A stretch of 64,000 nt of DNA from an uncultured Gammaproteobacteria bacterium. Its GTDB lineage: Bacteria; Patescibacteriota; Patescibacteriia; Magasanikbacterales; GWA2-37-8. The stretch spans positions 39,065-103,064 of the forward strand of contig CAZHYJ010000003.1 in NCBI GenBank assembly GCA_964536725.1, read 5' to 3'. Every line of letters begins with the position of its first letter. Within the stretch, counting starts at the first letter, position 1. The notes under the pieces are model-generated. The model worked only from the letters and a program-made list of their open reading frames with translations, was not told where the DNA came from and did not search any database. Positions 1-9,825 of this stretch are shown here, one piece after another. Both the position numbers and the translations under genes were made by a program.

Positions 1-115
1 TATTATGGAAGAGAAAGAATTTTTGGATCGACGAGAAATTGGCGATAAGTTTTTGTATAGCATTTTTGAATCGAAAAACACAATCATCGCCGACTTGTTT
101 CATTTTGTTTAAAAT

Positions 116-493
116 ATGTATTTATTTTTAGACAATTCGGATGCGGAGAATATTGTTTTGGGATTGTGGTTGAACAACGATTTGGTTCAACGTAGTTATC
201 CCGCCGGAGAGAAAAATTTGGTGGTGGCGATTGATAAATTTTTACAAGAAGAAAAGTGTGTTTTGAAAGATGTGAAGGGTATTGCGGTAGTAGTTGGCAA
301 AGGAAGTTTTACTTCCACGCGGATTGCCGTGACGGTGGCCAATACCTTGTCTTACGCTTTGGGAGTGCCAGTTGTAGCCACCAGTTCGATTGACGAACCA
401 GATTTAATCACCAAGATTAAAAACGCCAAGAAAGATGTCTTGGTAAGTGCTGTTTACAGCGGCGAACCAAACATTGGGAAAAAACGTAGTTAA
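116..493 (+). CDS. tsaB: tRNA threonylcarbamoyladenosine biosynthesis protein TsaB (short form)
   Basis: GKGSFTSTRIAVTVANTLSYALGVPV matches the TsaB GPGSFTGxRI motif. Confidence 0.88.
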   Translation: MYLFLDNSDAENIVLGLWLNNDLVQRSYPAGEKNLVVAIDKFLQEEKCVLKDVKGIAVVVGKGSFTSTRIAVTVANTLSYALGVPVVATSSIDEPDLITKIKNAKKDVLVSAVYSGEPNIGKKRS

Positions 494-496
494 TAT

Positions 497-1990
497 ATGT
501 CATCAGATTATCGTCGTTATCGTTTTTATGAAATGTTGCCTGGTATTAGTATTTGGGGTACTTTGTTGGTGGCCTTAATTTTAGCTTTCTTCAAACCGAT
601 TTGGATGATTTATGGAATCATTGTCTTTGATGTTTATTGGATGATTAGAGTGATATATTTTTCTTTTTATCTAATACTTTCTTGGCGCCGCTTTCGTAGG
701 GCGTTAAAAATTAGTTGGTTAGACAGATTGAAGAAAGATTGTGATGGTAAATGGGAAGACAAAAAGAATGTAGTGTTTTTGCCCATGTATAATGAAAGCT
801 TTGCGGTAGTAGAAGAAACTTTGACGGCTTTGGCAAAGTCTACTTACCCATTAAAAAAGCTTTATGTTGTTATCGCTGGTGAAGCGCGCAAACAGCACCA
901 TTGGGAGGAAATCCAGAAAAAAACACAAGAAAAATTCCCAGATGTTTTTGCTGATTTGATTTTTTACACTCATCCCGAAGGGTTAGCCGGAGAGATTCCA
1001 GGCAAGGGTTCAAATATCAACTACGCGGAAAAGGAATTCAGAAAATATGCGGATGCTAGGGGGTGGAATTACGGCGATATTATTGTGTCGATATTTGATG
1101 TTGATACTGTTGTGCATCCTGAATATTTTTCCCATTTGACCTGTTTGTATTGTTTGCACCCTGATCCAACCCGTAGTTCGTTCCAACCAGTAACACTATA
1201 CAACAACAACCTGTGGGACTCGCCGGCGATTTTGCGTATCATGGCGTTTGGTACTACTTTTTGGATGATGTTTAGTTTGGCACGTTTGGATAATTTGGTA
1301 ACTTTTTCTTCGCACAGCATGAGTTTTCAGGCGATTGTGGATTGTGGTGGGCACGCGAAGGATATTGTCAGTGAAGATTCGCACATTTTTTTTCAGTGTT
1401 GGTTAAAAAATAGTGGAAACTACGAAGTGACGCCATTGTATATTCCAGTTTCAATGGACACTGTGCGTGACGAAAATATTTGGAAGAGTTTGAAAAATTT
1501 GTATTTGCAACAACGCCGTTGGGCGTGGGGTTCAGAAAATATCCCTTTTTTACTTTGGGAGTTTAAAAAACACCAAGAAATATCTTGGGTCAAAAAATTT
1601 GCTTTACTTTTTCATGAGTGGGAGGGAAAGTGGAGTTGGGGTGTGGTGGCGATTTTGTTAACCATCTTAGGAAGAATTCCATTATGGGTAGCGAGTGAAG
1701 AGGTTAGACAAAGTGCATTGTTCTTTAACACCCCGTATGTCTTAGAGAACCTAATGAGTTTGGCAATGCTCGGAATGTTTGTTTCTGCCATCCTCAGTAT
1801 GTTGCTTTTACCACCACGACCACAGGCCCATCGGTTTTACAAATATCTGTTCATGTTAGTGCAGTGGGCGCTGTTGCCAGTTTCGCTGATTTTATTCTCA
1901 GCCATACCTTGTCTGGATGCGATTACACATTTAATGTTTGGAAAATATTTAGGTTTTAACGTCTCCGCTAAAAAACGTACAACTTCATAA
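497..1990 (+). CDS. Membrane glycosyltransferase family 2 (processive type)
   Basis: DVD, SED and QQRRW motifs with flanking TM helices. Confidence 0.85.
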   Translation: MSSDYRRYRFYEMLPGISIWGTLLVALILAFFKPIWMIYGIIVFDVYWMIRVIYFSFYLILSWRRFRRALKISWLDRLKKDCDGKWEDKKNVVFLPMYNESFAVVEETLTALAKSTYPLKKLYVVIAGEARKQHHWEEIQKKTQEKFPDVFADLIFYTHPEGLAGEIPGKGSNINYAEKEFRKYADARGWNYGDIIVSIFDVDTVVHPEYFSHLTCLYCLHPDPTRSSFQPVTLYNNNLWDSPAILRIMAFGTTFWMMFSLARLDNLVTFSSHSMSFQAIVDCGGHAKDIVSEDSHIFFQCWLKNSGNYEVTPLYIPVSMDTVRDENIWKSLKNLYLQQRRWAWGSENIPFLLWEFKKHQEISWVKKFALLFHEWEGKWSWGVVAILLTILGRIPLWVASEEVRQSALFFNTPYVLENLMSLAMLGMFVSAILSMLLLPPRPQAHRFYKYLFMLVQWALLPVSLILFSAIPCLDAITHLMFGKYLGFNVSAKKRTTS

Positions 1991-1994
1991 TCAT

Positions 1995-3422
1995 ATGCGA
2001 TTTAAATTAATAATCTTTCTGGTAATTTTCTTAGGACTAGGAGCGGCGGTATTTTTTGGGGTACGTTACTGGCAATCAGGTAGTTGGCGTCAAACTGTTT
2101 TTGAAACGGTAGGTGGCCGTTTAGTTAAAGATCAAAATCAATTAAATCTTTTTCAGCAGATGCTAGGTTTTGAAAAACCCCAGACTTACTTGGTTTTGTT
2201 TTTAAACAACACCGAGATTCGTCCGGGTGGTGGATTCATCGGTACTTACGCAGTAGTGAAGATGGACAAAGGCAGTCCACAATTGTTAAAAACCGAAGGA
2301 ACGGAGGTTTTGGACTACAGTATGCCAAATGATGTTTTGCCTTTACCACCCAAACCACTTGGGGATCAAGTGTTGGTGGACAAATGGTATTTCCGTGATA
2401 GTAATTGGTCGCCTGATTTTCGTCTGTCAGCGGAAAAATCTTTGGAGTTGTATCGTTTAGAAAAAGGGTTGGAGGCGGACAACATTAATACCGTGGTGGC
2501 GTTTACGCCGACTTTGATTGAGAAGATGTTAAAAATTGTTGGACCGATCACTGTGCGTGGAGAAGAATTTACCGCGGAGAACTTTTTGGCGAAAACGCAG
2601 TATGAGGTGGAATATGCCTATGGTGCCAAGGGTGTGCCCAAAGCAGAGCGTAAAGGCATTTTGGGTGATATGGCCAAAGTGTTACTTGGTAAACTGCCGG
2701 GACAAATTTTTTCCAATTGGAAAACATATTATGATCTCTGGCAAGAAATGGTGGAGGAAAAGCAGATTATGTTTTACGCTGTCGACCCAAACATGCAAAC
2801 AGTTTTCAAAACACAAAACTGGTCCGGGGAGATGTTGAACACCGATGGTGATTACATGTTGTGGGCGGATGCGAATCTGGGGGCGATGAAAACCGACTTG
2901 GCGATTACGCGTAATTTGTCCTACGAAATTCAGCCGACTTCTTCCGGTAAGTTTTTGGCGACGGTGTCGATGACTTACAAACACAGCGGGTCGTTTGATT
3001 GGCGTACTACTCGTTATCGCAGTTATGCACGGGTATATGTTCCAGTAGGAAGTAAACTAGTTAGTAGTGTTGGATCAATGGAAAAAGACAAAAGCACCGT
3101 TCCAGGTAAAATTGACAGTGGGATAGAAAACAATCGCCAATGGTTTGGTGGTTTCATTTCGCTGGAACCAGGACAGACGAAAAAATTGTCATTCACCTAC
3201 TTGCTGCCAGAAAAAATTCAAACACAGATCGGTGCCGGACAATATATATTGTTTGTGCAAAAACAGTTGGGGATATTAAGTACCGATATGAATTTGAAAT
3301 TAAATTTTGGCAAACCATTGGTAGCGGCTGCGCCTGGGGAGGATAAAAGTAAATATGGAGATAGCTTGTATGAGTTAAATACTGCTCTCAGCTCTGACCG
3401 GGAGTTTATTGTTAAATTTTGA
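1995..3422 (+). CDS. DUF4012-like membrane-anchored protein
   Basis: N-terminal TM helix; NNTEIRPGGGFIG and RDSNWSPDF motifs. Confidence 0.8.
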   Translation: MRFKLIIFLVIFLGLGAAVFFGVRYWQSGSWRQTVFETVGGRLVKDQNQLNLFQQMLGFEKPQTYLVLFLNNTEIRPGGGFIGTYAVVKMDKGSPQLLKTEGTEVLDYSMPNDVLPLPPKPLGDQVLVDKWYFRDSNWSPDFRLSAEKSLELYRLEKGLEADNINTVVAFTPTLIEKMLKIVGPITVRGEEFTAENFLAKTQYEVEYAYGAKGVPKAERKGILGDMAKVLLGKLPGQIFSNWKTYYDLWQEMVEEKQIMFYAVDPNMQTVFKTQNWSGEMLNTDGDYMLWADANLGAMKTDLAITRNLSYEIQPTSSGKFLATVSMTYKHSGSFDWRTTRYRSYARVYVPVGSKLVSSVGSMEKDKSTVPGKIDSGIENNRQWFGGFISLEPGQTKKLSFTYLLPEKIQTQIGAGQYILFVQKQLGILSTDMNLKLNFGKPLVAAAPGEDKSKYGDSLYELNTALSSDREFIVKF

Positions 3423-3432
3423 TTATTGTAGT

Positions 3433-4440
3433 ATGTTTATCAAGAAAATTGGAATTGATTTGGGTACAACTAATGTTCTAGTTTACGTTCCGAAAAAGGG
3501 TGTGATTTTGAACGAACCATCAGTGGTGGCGGTGTCGAAAGCGGACAGTAAGGTTTTGGCTGTTGGCTTAGAAGCTAAAGACATGATTGGTCGTACACCT
3601 GATACCATTCTTGCCGAACGACCACTGAAGGACGGGGTAATCGCGAACTATCATGCCACCGAAGCAATGTTGCGGTATTTTATCAACAAAGCTTTGGGCG
3701 GTGTGCGTTTGTTTCGTCCCGAGGTGATGGTGGCAGTGCCAGCGGGAATTACTTCTACTGAACGACGGGCGGTAATTGATGCTACTTTGGCAGCAGGCGC
3801 ACGTGCGGCTTACATTATCAAAGCTCCAGTGGTAGCGGCGATTGGTGCTGACATCCCGATTGGTGCCGCTTCCGGGCATATGATTATTGATATTGGTGGT
3901 GGTACTGCGGAGATTGCCGTGATCTCTTTAGGTGGCATTGTTTCTTGGGGTTCGGCGCGTATTGGTGGGAACAAGTTTGATTCGGCGATTACTGAATATA
4001 TACGCCATAAATATAACCTGGCGGTGGGTGAGCGGACAGCGGAAGAAGTGAAAGTAAAAGTTGGTTCGGCGTTGTTTATGGAAAAACCGTTGACCACACA
4101 AATTAAAGGACGGGATATGGTAACGGGGTTACCGCGAATTATCACGGTTAATTCTGATGATACGACCGAAGCGCTGCAGCACGATTTGGAAATGTTAATT
4201 GATGCGATCAAAGATGTTTTGCATCGCACACCGCCGGAACTTTCGGCTGATGTGATGGACAAGGGTATTATCCTTTCGGGTGGGTCAGCATTACTACGAA
4301 ATTTAGACGAGCTGATTAGTCAATCAACCGGTGTGCCGACCTATGTCGCAGAAGATCCGCTTTTGTGCGTGGCCAAAGGTACGGGGATTGCACTTGATAA
4401 TTTGGAAAGTTACAAGCGTAGTATTTTGGCGACTAAGTAG
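3433..4440 (+). CDS. mreB: Rod shape-determining protein MreB
   Basis: IGIDLGTTN, DIGGGT and LSGGSALL actin-fold motifs; ATG at 3433. Confidence 0.95.
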   Translation: MFIKKIGIDLGTTNVLVYVPKKGVILNEPSVVAVSKADSKVLAVGLEAKDMIGRTPDTILAERPLKDGVIANYHATEAMLRYFINKALGGVRLFRPEVMVAVPAGITSTERRAVIDATLAAGARAAYIIKAPVVAAIGADIPIGAASGHMIIDIGGGTAEIAVISLGGIVSWGSARIGGNKFDSAITEYIRHKYNLAVGERTAEEVKVKVGSALFMEKPLTTQIKGRDMVTGLPRIITVNSDDTTEALQHDLEMLIDAIKDVLHRTPPELSADVMDKGIILSGGSALLRNLDELISQSTGVPTYVAEDPLLCVAKGTGIALDNLESYKRSILATK

Positions 4441-4443
4441 TTT

Positions 4444-4998
4444 ATGCCCAAATTTAATAAATTATTAATTCTAGATTTGGACGAAACCCTGGTCTTTGCT
4501 ACTGAGAATAAAATAGATCGTGAGCCGGATTTTAAGGTATTAGATTATCATATTTATAAACGGCCTGGTTTGGATGTTTTTTTGGACACTTGTTTTGAGT
4601 GGTTTGATGTTGGGGTTTGGACCTCTTCTGGCGAATTATATGCGCAGGATGTTATAAAACAAATTTTTAAAGATGTGAGTAAATTAAAAGTTGTTTTAAC
4701 AAGCGGTCATTGTATTAGAAAATTTAACCATGATGTTGGTTGTCATTATACCGTAAAAGATTTAAAGAAAATTGTTAGTAAAACTGGATATCCCATAGAA
4801 CAGATTTTAATGGTAGACGACTCGAAAGAAAAAGTTGAAAGAAATTATGGAAATGCAATTATTGTGGGTGAATTTAATGGTCAATTGGATGACGATGAAT
4901 TACCGGAACTATTAAAATATTTAGAATCAATTGGTGTGGTAGAAAATATCAGGACAGTAGATAAGCGGGGGTGGAGGAGAAAACTTACAACAGTCTAA
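4444..4998 (+). CDS. HAD-family NIF/FCP1-like phosphatase
   Basis: LILDLDETLV, KRPG, WTSS, KDL and MVDD motifs. Confidence 0.85.
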   Translation: MPKFNKLLILDLDETLVFATENKIDREPDFKVLDYHIYKRPGLDVFLDTCFEWFDVGVWTSSGELYAQDVIKQIFKDVSKLKVVLTSGHCIRKFNHDVGCHYTVKDLKKIVSKTGYPIEQILMVDDSKEKVERNYGNAIIVGEFNGQLDDDELPELLKYLESIGVVENIRTVDKRGWRRKLTTV

Positions 4999-5023
4999 CG
5001 GCCCATATTTTTGCAAAGTTATT

Positions 5024-5266
5024 ATGAACTTACCAAACGAGGTATTGGAAATATTAAAAGGAAAATCCGTGGAAGATGTTGCTGTTAGTGTTTTGTATAA
5101 AAATTATCGCGGAGAGGAAGGTACTCGAAAAATTATTCCACTACAAATATATTTTGGTTCAACAGAATTTCATCCGACTGATCAATGGCTTTTAAAAGTT
5201 TGGGATTGTGACAAGAATGATTATCGGGTATATGCGTTTAAGGATATAAAACAAATTTTGGAATAG
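5024..5266 (+). CDS. Stand-alone WYL-domain protein
   Basis: YKNYRGE..R.I.P and WLLKVWDCDKNDYRVY..KDI pattern. Confidence 0.75.
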   Translation: MNLPNEVLEILKGKSVEDVAVSVLYKNYRGEEGTRKIIPLQIYFGSTEFHPTDQWLLKVWDCDKNDYRVYAFKDIKQILE

Positions 5267-5279
5267 GTTGTTATTTGTT

Positions 5280-5981
5280 ATGGTTATATATAAAAAAATA
5301 CAAAAAAAGTATTACGATAAAGAGTGGGCTTCTCTAATTTTGTCTGACAAGCCAGGGCCAACGGGGTGGAGGACTAATATACCTGCTCCAGATTTTTCTA
5401 AGTTTGTCAGATATTTGAAAAAAAACAAGAAAAAACAGCGTATTTTAGATTTGGGCTGTGGCGGTGGTCGGCATTCAATAATGTTAGCTAAAAATGGTTT
5501 CGAAGTGTTTGGCGTTGATTTTTCCAAGCATGCAATAATAATAGCAAAACGCAGATCAAAAGAAGAAAAAACTTCAAACAATACCCACTTTACCACTGGT
5601 GATGTGCTAAAACTAAAATATGGCAAAGATTTTTTTGATGTCATAAACGACGATGGTTGTCTGCACCATATAGCCAAAAAAGATTGGTCAAAGTACTTAA
5701 AAAGCGTGGACAGAGTGCTTAAACCAGGTGGGATTCTTAGAATCAAAGTTTTTAGTATTAATTGCAACTATTATAAAGACAATCTTCCCCCTAAAAGTAA
5801 AAGCCACTGGGTTTTAACAAAGGGAGCGGATTACACCTATTTTTTTGATGAGCAAGAATTAAAGAAAATATTTGGTAAATATAAAATTATAAAATTTGAG
5901 GAAAAATTTCATTCAGAAACAAAAGAAAAGAAATTCTTTTTTGTTGTATTCAGAAAAGAGGGTGCTGTTGTCAATGAATAG
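5280..5981 (+). CDS. Class I SAM-dependent methyltransferase
   Basis: ILDLGCGGGRH, GVDFS and VLKPGG motifs. Confidence 0.88.
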   Translation: MVIYKKIQKKYYDKEWASLILSDKPGPTGWRTNIPAPDFSKFVRYLKKNKKKQRILDLGCGGGRHSIMLAKNGFEVFGVDFSKHAIIIAKRRSKEEKTSNNTHFTTGDVLKLKYGKDFFDVINDDGCLHHIAKKDWSKYLKSVDRVLKPGGILRIKVFSINCNYYKDNLPPKSKSHWVLTKGADYTYFFDEQELKKIFGKYKIIKFEEKFHSETKEKKFFFVVFRKEGAVVNE

Positions 5982-6003
5982 TGTCCCTTTAATTTCTAAG
6001 CAT

Positions 6004-7113
6004 ATGTTAATTGGCATCGACGCCAGCCACACAGTGAAAGAACAACGAACGGGTGTAGAGGAAGTATGTTGGCAAATTATTGAAAATTTAAAAAAAGAAA
6101 TTCCGTCGGATGTGCGGGTAGTTTTGTATAGTCATAAAATGCCGACGGATAAATTAGCGATGTTGCCGGCTGATTGGGAATGGAAAATAATTCCCTGGCC
6201 ATTGAAAAAATTGTGGACACAGGGGGCGCTTGCGTTTGAGTTGATTAAAAATCCGCCGGATACATTTTTTTCTCCGGGACAGATCTTGCCATGGTACGTT
6301 CCGAAAAAGACCGTAGTGTTTTTGCACGATAGTGCTTTTTTGTTTTTTAAGTCGGCCTACAACTTTTGGGGGCGACAATATTTGCGGTTGATGAACTGGT
6401 GGATTGTTAAACGTGCGAGTCTGATTATCACCTCAACGGAATTTAATCGTTTGGAATTGGTACGACATTACGGTTTGGCTGTTGGTAAGAAAGTACAGGT
6501 TGTGCCGTTGGCATATGACAAAGAAAAATACAATGAAAGCGTTGTTCCACTGTCTAAGGAAGAGTTGTTGGATATGTTTGATGTCAGCAAACCATTTGCG
6601 CTCTTTGTTGGACGCTTGGAGGAAAAGAAAAATGTTAAACGTTTGGTTGCCGCCTTTAGCGAAGCGCGGGCAAAAAATGATTTTCAATTGGTTCTGAGTG
6701 GTCGGCCAGGGGTGGGTTTTGCGAAGATTAACAAAGAGATAGAATCCAGTCCATTTAAAAAAGACATTATACAACCGGGTTGGGTAGAGGCAGGGGATTT
6801 GTTGCGCTTACTTCGATCGGCCACTGTTTTGACCTTCCCATCTTCCTATGAGGGCTTTGGCCTGCCAGTTTTGGAGGCTTTTGCCGTTGGTACCCCGGTG
6901 CTAGCGAGCGATATCCCCGCACTACGTGAGGTGGGTGGGGATGCTATCTTTTTTGTTGATCACAACAATATTACTTCAATTAGCTTGGGTTTAGCGCACT
7001 TTTTCCTTAACCCAGAAGATCGGGCCGAAATGATTGATAAAGGAAAAGAGCGCGTTTCAGCTTTTTCTTGGGAAAAAACCGCGGCAGAGATTGCCAAAGT
7101 GCTTCTATTTTGA
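6004..7113 (+). CDS. Glycosyltransferase family 4 (GT-B)
   Basis: MLIGIDAS start; VGRLEEKKN; PSSYEGFGLPVLEA. Confidence 0.9.
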   Translation: MLIGIDASHTVKEQRTGVEEVCWQIIENLKKEIPSDVRVVLYSHKMPTDKLAMLPADWEWKIIPWPLKKLWTQGALAFELIKNPPDTFFSPGQILPWYVPKKTVVFLHDSAFLFFKSAYNFWGRQYLRLMNWWIVKRASLIITSTEFNRLELVRHYGLAVGKKVQVVPLAYDKEKYNESVVPLSKEELLDMFDVSKPFALFVGRLEEKKNVKRLVAAFSEARAKNDFQLVLSGRPGVGFAKINKEIESSPFKKDIIQPGWVEAGDLLRLLRSATVLTFPSSYEGFGLPVLEAFAVGTPVLASDIPALREVGGDAIFFVDHNNITSISLGLAHFFLNPEDRAEMIDKGKERVSAFSWEKTAAEIAKVLLF

Positions 7114-7157
7114 TATATTAATACTGGCTAATGGTGGCCTAATTTAAGTATATTTTT

Positions 7158-8072
7158 GTGTTTATAGGCAATTCGCAAGTTAATAATTTCTTTGAGGGTG
7201 CGGTTGCGAATGGTAGCCTTGCCCAGGTTTATTGTCTCACTGGGATAGACCATGTAGGTAAACACACCATGGCTGTGAAGTTGGCGAGTAAACTGTTGGG
7301 AGTTGAGCCAGAAAAAGTTTCTGGGCATCCTGACTATTATTATGTCAATCGCGGAGTGGACGAAAAGACGGGCAAAGAAAGAAAGGAAATTTCGGTTGGC
7401 CAGATTCGTCTGTTGCGTGCTTTTTTACAAAATCAATCCTGGCAAGGCGGTTGGCGCATAGTGGTGATTGATGAGGCGGAATTTTTAAACGAAGAATCGG
7501 GCAATGCTCTTTTGAAAAATTTGGAAGAACCAGGAGAAAAGACTTTATTTTTTTTACTGACCAAAAATGACGATCTGTTGTTAGCGACGATTCGCTCTCG
7601 TTCTGAGATGTGGTCTTTGAATCCAGTGAGTGATGGGGAGATAGAAAAGGGTTTGATTGATTTGGGGTGTGACGAAGATCGAGCAAAAAGAATTACATAT
7701 TTGTCCTCGGGACGTCCGGGGAGAGCGATAGAATTTTACCAGGAGGAAGAAAAACTGCAGGAGTGGGAAGAAGAAACACAGCGCTGGCGTGGTCTATGGA
7801 AGAAGCCGCTGTATGAGAGGTTGAAAATATTAGAGAGTATAATCGGAGAAAAAGATGAAACCGAGCGCAAAGAAACACGTTTACAAAAAGTATTAAATAT
7901 TTGGACGGAAGAAGGACGAAGGATGTTGCGCGAACAAGTCAGTACGGTTAATGATAAAAAAGAATTAGCAATTTTGATCAAGGTGATTGACTCACTGAGC
8001 GAAGCGCAAGTGATGCTAGAGCAGAACATCAATCCGAAGATGGTAATGGAAAAAATAATGTTACAATTTTAA
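7158..8072 (+). CDS. holB: DNA polymerase III delta' subunit
   Basis: HPD, IDEAE, NALLKNLEEP and TIRSR motifs. Confidence 0.88.
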   Translation: MFIGNSQVNNFFEGAVANGSLAQVYCLTGIDHVGKHTMAVKLASKLLGVEPEKVSGHPDYYYVNRGVDEKTGKERKEISVGQIRLLRAFLQNQSWQGGWRIVVIDEAEFLNEESGNALLKNLEEPGEKTLFFLLTKNDDLLLATIRSRSEMWSLNPVSDGEIEKGLIDLGCDEDRAKRITYLSSGRPGRAIEFYQEEEKLQEWEEETQRWRGLWKKPLYERLKILESIIGEKDETERKETRLQKVLNIWTEEGRRMLREQVSTVNDKKELAILIKVIDSLSEAQVMLEQNINPKMVMEKIMLQF

Positions 8073-8080
8073 AAATTAAT

Positions 8081-8184
8081 AACTAAATTTCGTTTTTCTG
8101 AAAATTTTTATTGAGGTGCCTAGGGAGTCTCGCGACGACCGCGGCACCGAAATAAATGTTTTCGGAAAAACGTAGAACTAAATT
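8081..8184. repeat. Imperfect palindrome (8090-8175) flanked by a 9-bp direct repeat AACTAAATT; MITE-like
   Basis: cgtttttctgaaaa/ttttcggaaaaacg, tttatt/aataaa and ggtgcc/ggcacc arms; aactaaatt at 8081 and 8176. Confidence 0.6.
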
Positions 8185-8191
8185 ATTTATT

Positions 8192-9274
8192 ATGAAAAAA
8201 ATATTTACGTTGTTCGCCCTGGTCGCCGGAATCTTATTAACTGGTGCCAGCTGTATTCAATTGGGTGGTACGCCTGCTGGTACAATGGGTGTGTTTCGCT
8301 CCAATGATAAGGGCGACACTTGGGCCTCCGCTTCGGCGGTGCCAACAGCGCAAGGAGTAAAGAGTATTAGTGGTGTAAATGTTTTTCGCTTACACACCGA
8401 CCCTTCCGATCCGAATGCGATTTATTTAGCCAGTCGTGGCCAGGGTCTAGAATATACCTATGACTACGGTGCTAGTTGGCGCGTAGTGGATGTATTGGGC
8501 GGTAAATTTATTTACGGTCTAGCAGTTGATCCAGCGAATAAATGTACGATCTACGTTACCGATGGTGCAAATATTTATAAAACAACCGATTGTAGTCGTA
8601 CTTGGAAATTAATTTATTCTGAACAGCGACCAGACCAAAGATTTGTTTCTTTAGCAATTGATTTTGGGAATTCCAAATTAATTTATGGCGGTATTACTGG
8701 TGGAGATGTGTTGGTAAGTAATGATGCGGGTTTAAGCTGGCGGGTGGTAAAAAGATTTGGTTTTGAATTACAATTTTTAGCAACTGATCCATCGACCCCG
8801 AAACGTTTGTATGCGGCTACTCAACGTAATGGATTGTTTCGTTCAGATGATGGTGGAGAAAACTGGATTGATTTGAATACTAATTTGGATAAATTTAATG
8901 AGAGTAAAACTTTTTATCGCTTGGTATTAAACCCTGGACAAAAGGATAGTTTGTTTTGGATCTCAAAATATGGTGTGTTGCGCTCGGATGATGCGGGACA
9001 AAATTGGACAGAGTTGAAACTGATCACCCCACCAGGTTCGGTTAATATTTACGCTTTTGCAATTAATCCAGATAACCAAAAAGAAATTTATTACACCGGT
9101 ACGATTTTGGGAGAGAAGAGCGAGAATATTCGTTCAACTTTTTACAAATCGGTTGACGGTGGAAACAATTGGGTGACAAAAAAGTTACCATCTAGTGCAG
9201 TGCCAACTTATTTATTAATCAACCCGCTGAACAGCAGCCAACTGATGCTCGGGTTTATGAATCTTGTACAATAA
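8192..9274 (+). CDS. BNR/Asp-box beta-propeller lipoprotein
   Basis: Lipobox LTGASC; repeated SxDxGxxW Asp-boxes. Confidence 0.85.
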   Translation: MKKIFTLFALVAGILLTGASCIQLGGTPAGTMGVFRSNDKGDTWASASAVPTAQGVKSISGVNVFRLHTDPSDPNAIYLASRGQGLEYTYDYGASWRVVDVLGGKFIYGLAVDPANKCTIYVTDGANIYKTTDCSRTWKLIYSEQRPDQRFVSLAIDFGNSKLIYGGITGGDVLVSNDAGLSWRVVKRFGFELQFLATDPSTPKRLYAATQRNGLFRSDDGGENWIDLNTNLDKFNESKTFYRLVLNPGQKDSLFWISKYGVLRSDDAGQNWTELKLITPPGSVNIYAFAINPDNQKEIYYTGTILGEKSENIRSTFYKSVDGGNNWVTKKLPSSAVPTYLLINPLNSSQLMLGFMNLVQ

Positions 9275-9275
9275 T

Positions 9276-9824
9276 ATGCAAATGAATGATTTTAAAGAGG
9301 GGTTTGACAAAGCAATAGATTTTTTGAAAGCGGATATCGCTGGTCTGCGCACCGGTCGCGCATCAGCGGCGATTGTTGATTCTATTACAGTTGAGGCTTA
9401 CGGTGTTCGTCAGCCAATCAAATCTGTGGCTTCAATTAATATTGTTGATTCGAAGACTTTGATGATCGATCCATGGGACAAGAGTACTTTAGGAGCGATA
9501 GAAAAAGGGATTCGCGAGGCCAATCTGGGTATCAATCCGGTAAATGACGGTCGTGGTATTCGTTTGTCTTTACCAGAATTAACCGTGGAACGTCGGGCGG
9601 AATTAATTAAAATTTTACATCAGCGCTTGGAGAATGCGCGAATTTCAGTGCGCAAAGTGCGTGAAGAGATTCGAGATATGTTGGTGGCGGAAGAAAAAGA
9701 AGGGGGAGTAAGTGAGGATGAAAAGTTTAAGATGCAGGAAGAGCTGGATAAAGTAGTGCGAGAGTACAATGATGAAATTAAATCAATTGGTGAAAAGAAA
9801 GAGGAGGAGATAACTACTATATAA
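9276..9824 (+). CDS. frr: Ribosome recycling factor
   Basis: LRTGRAS, PELTVERR and ARISVRKVR motifs. Confidence 0.96.
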   Translation: MQMNDFKEGFDKAIDFLKADIAGLRTGRASAAIVDSITVEAYGVRQPIKSVASINIVDSKTLMIDPWDKSTLGAIEKGIREANLGINPVNDGRGIRLSLPELTVERRAELIKILHQRLENARISVRKVREEIRDMLVAEEKEGGVSEDEKFKMQEELDKVVREYNDEIKSIGEKKEEEITTI

Positions 9825-9825
9825 T

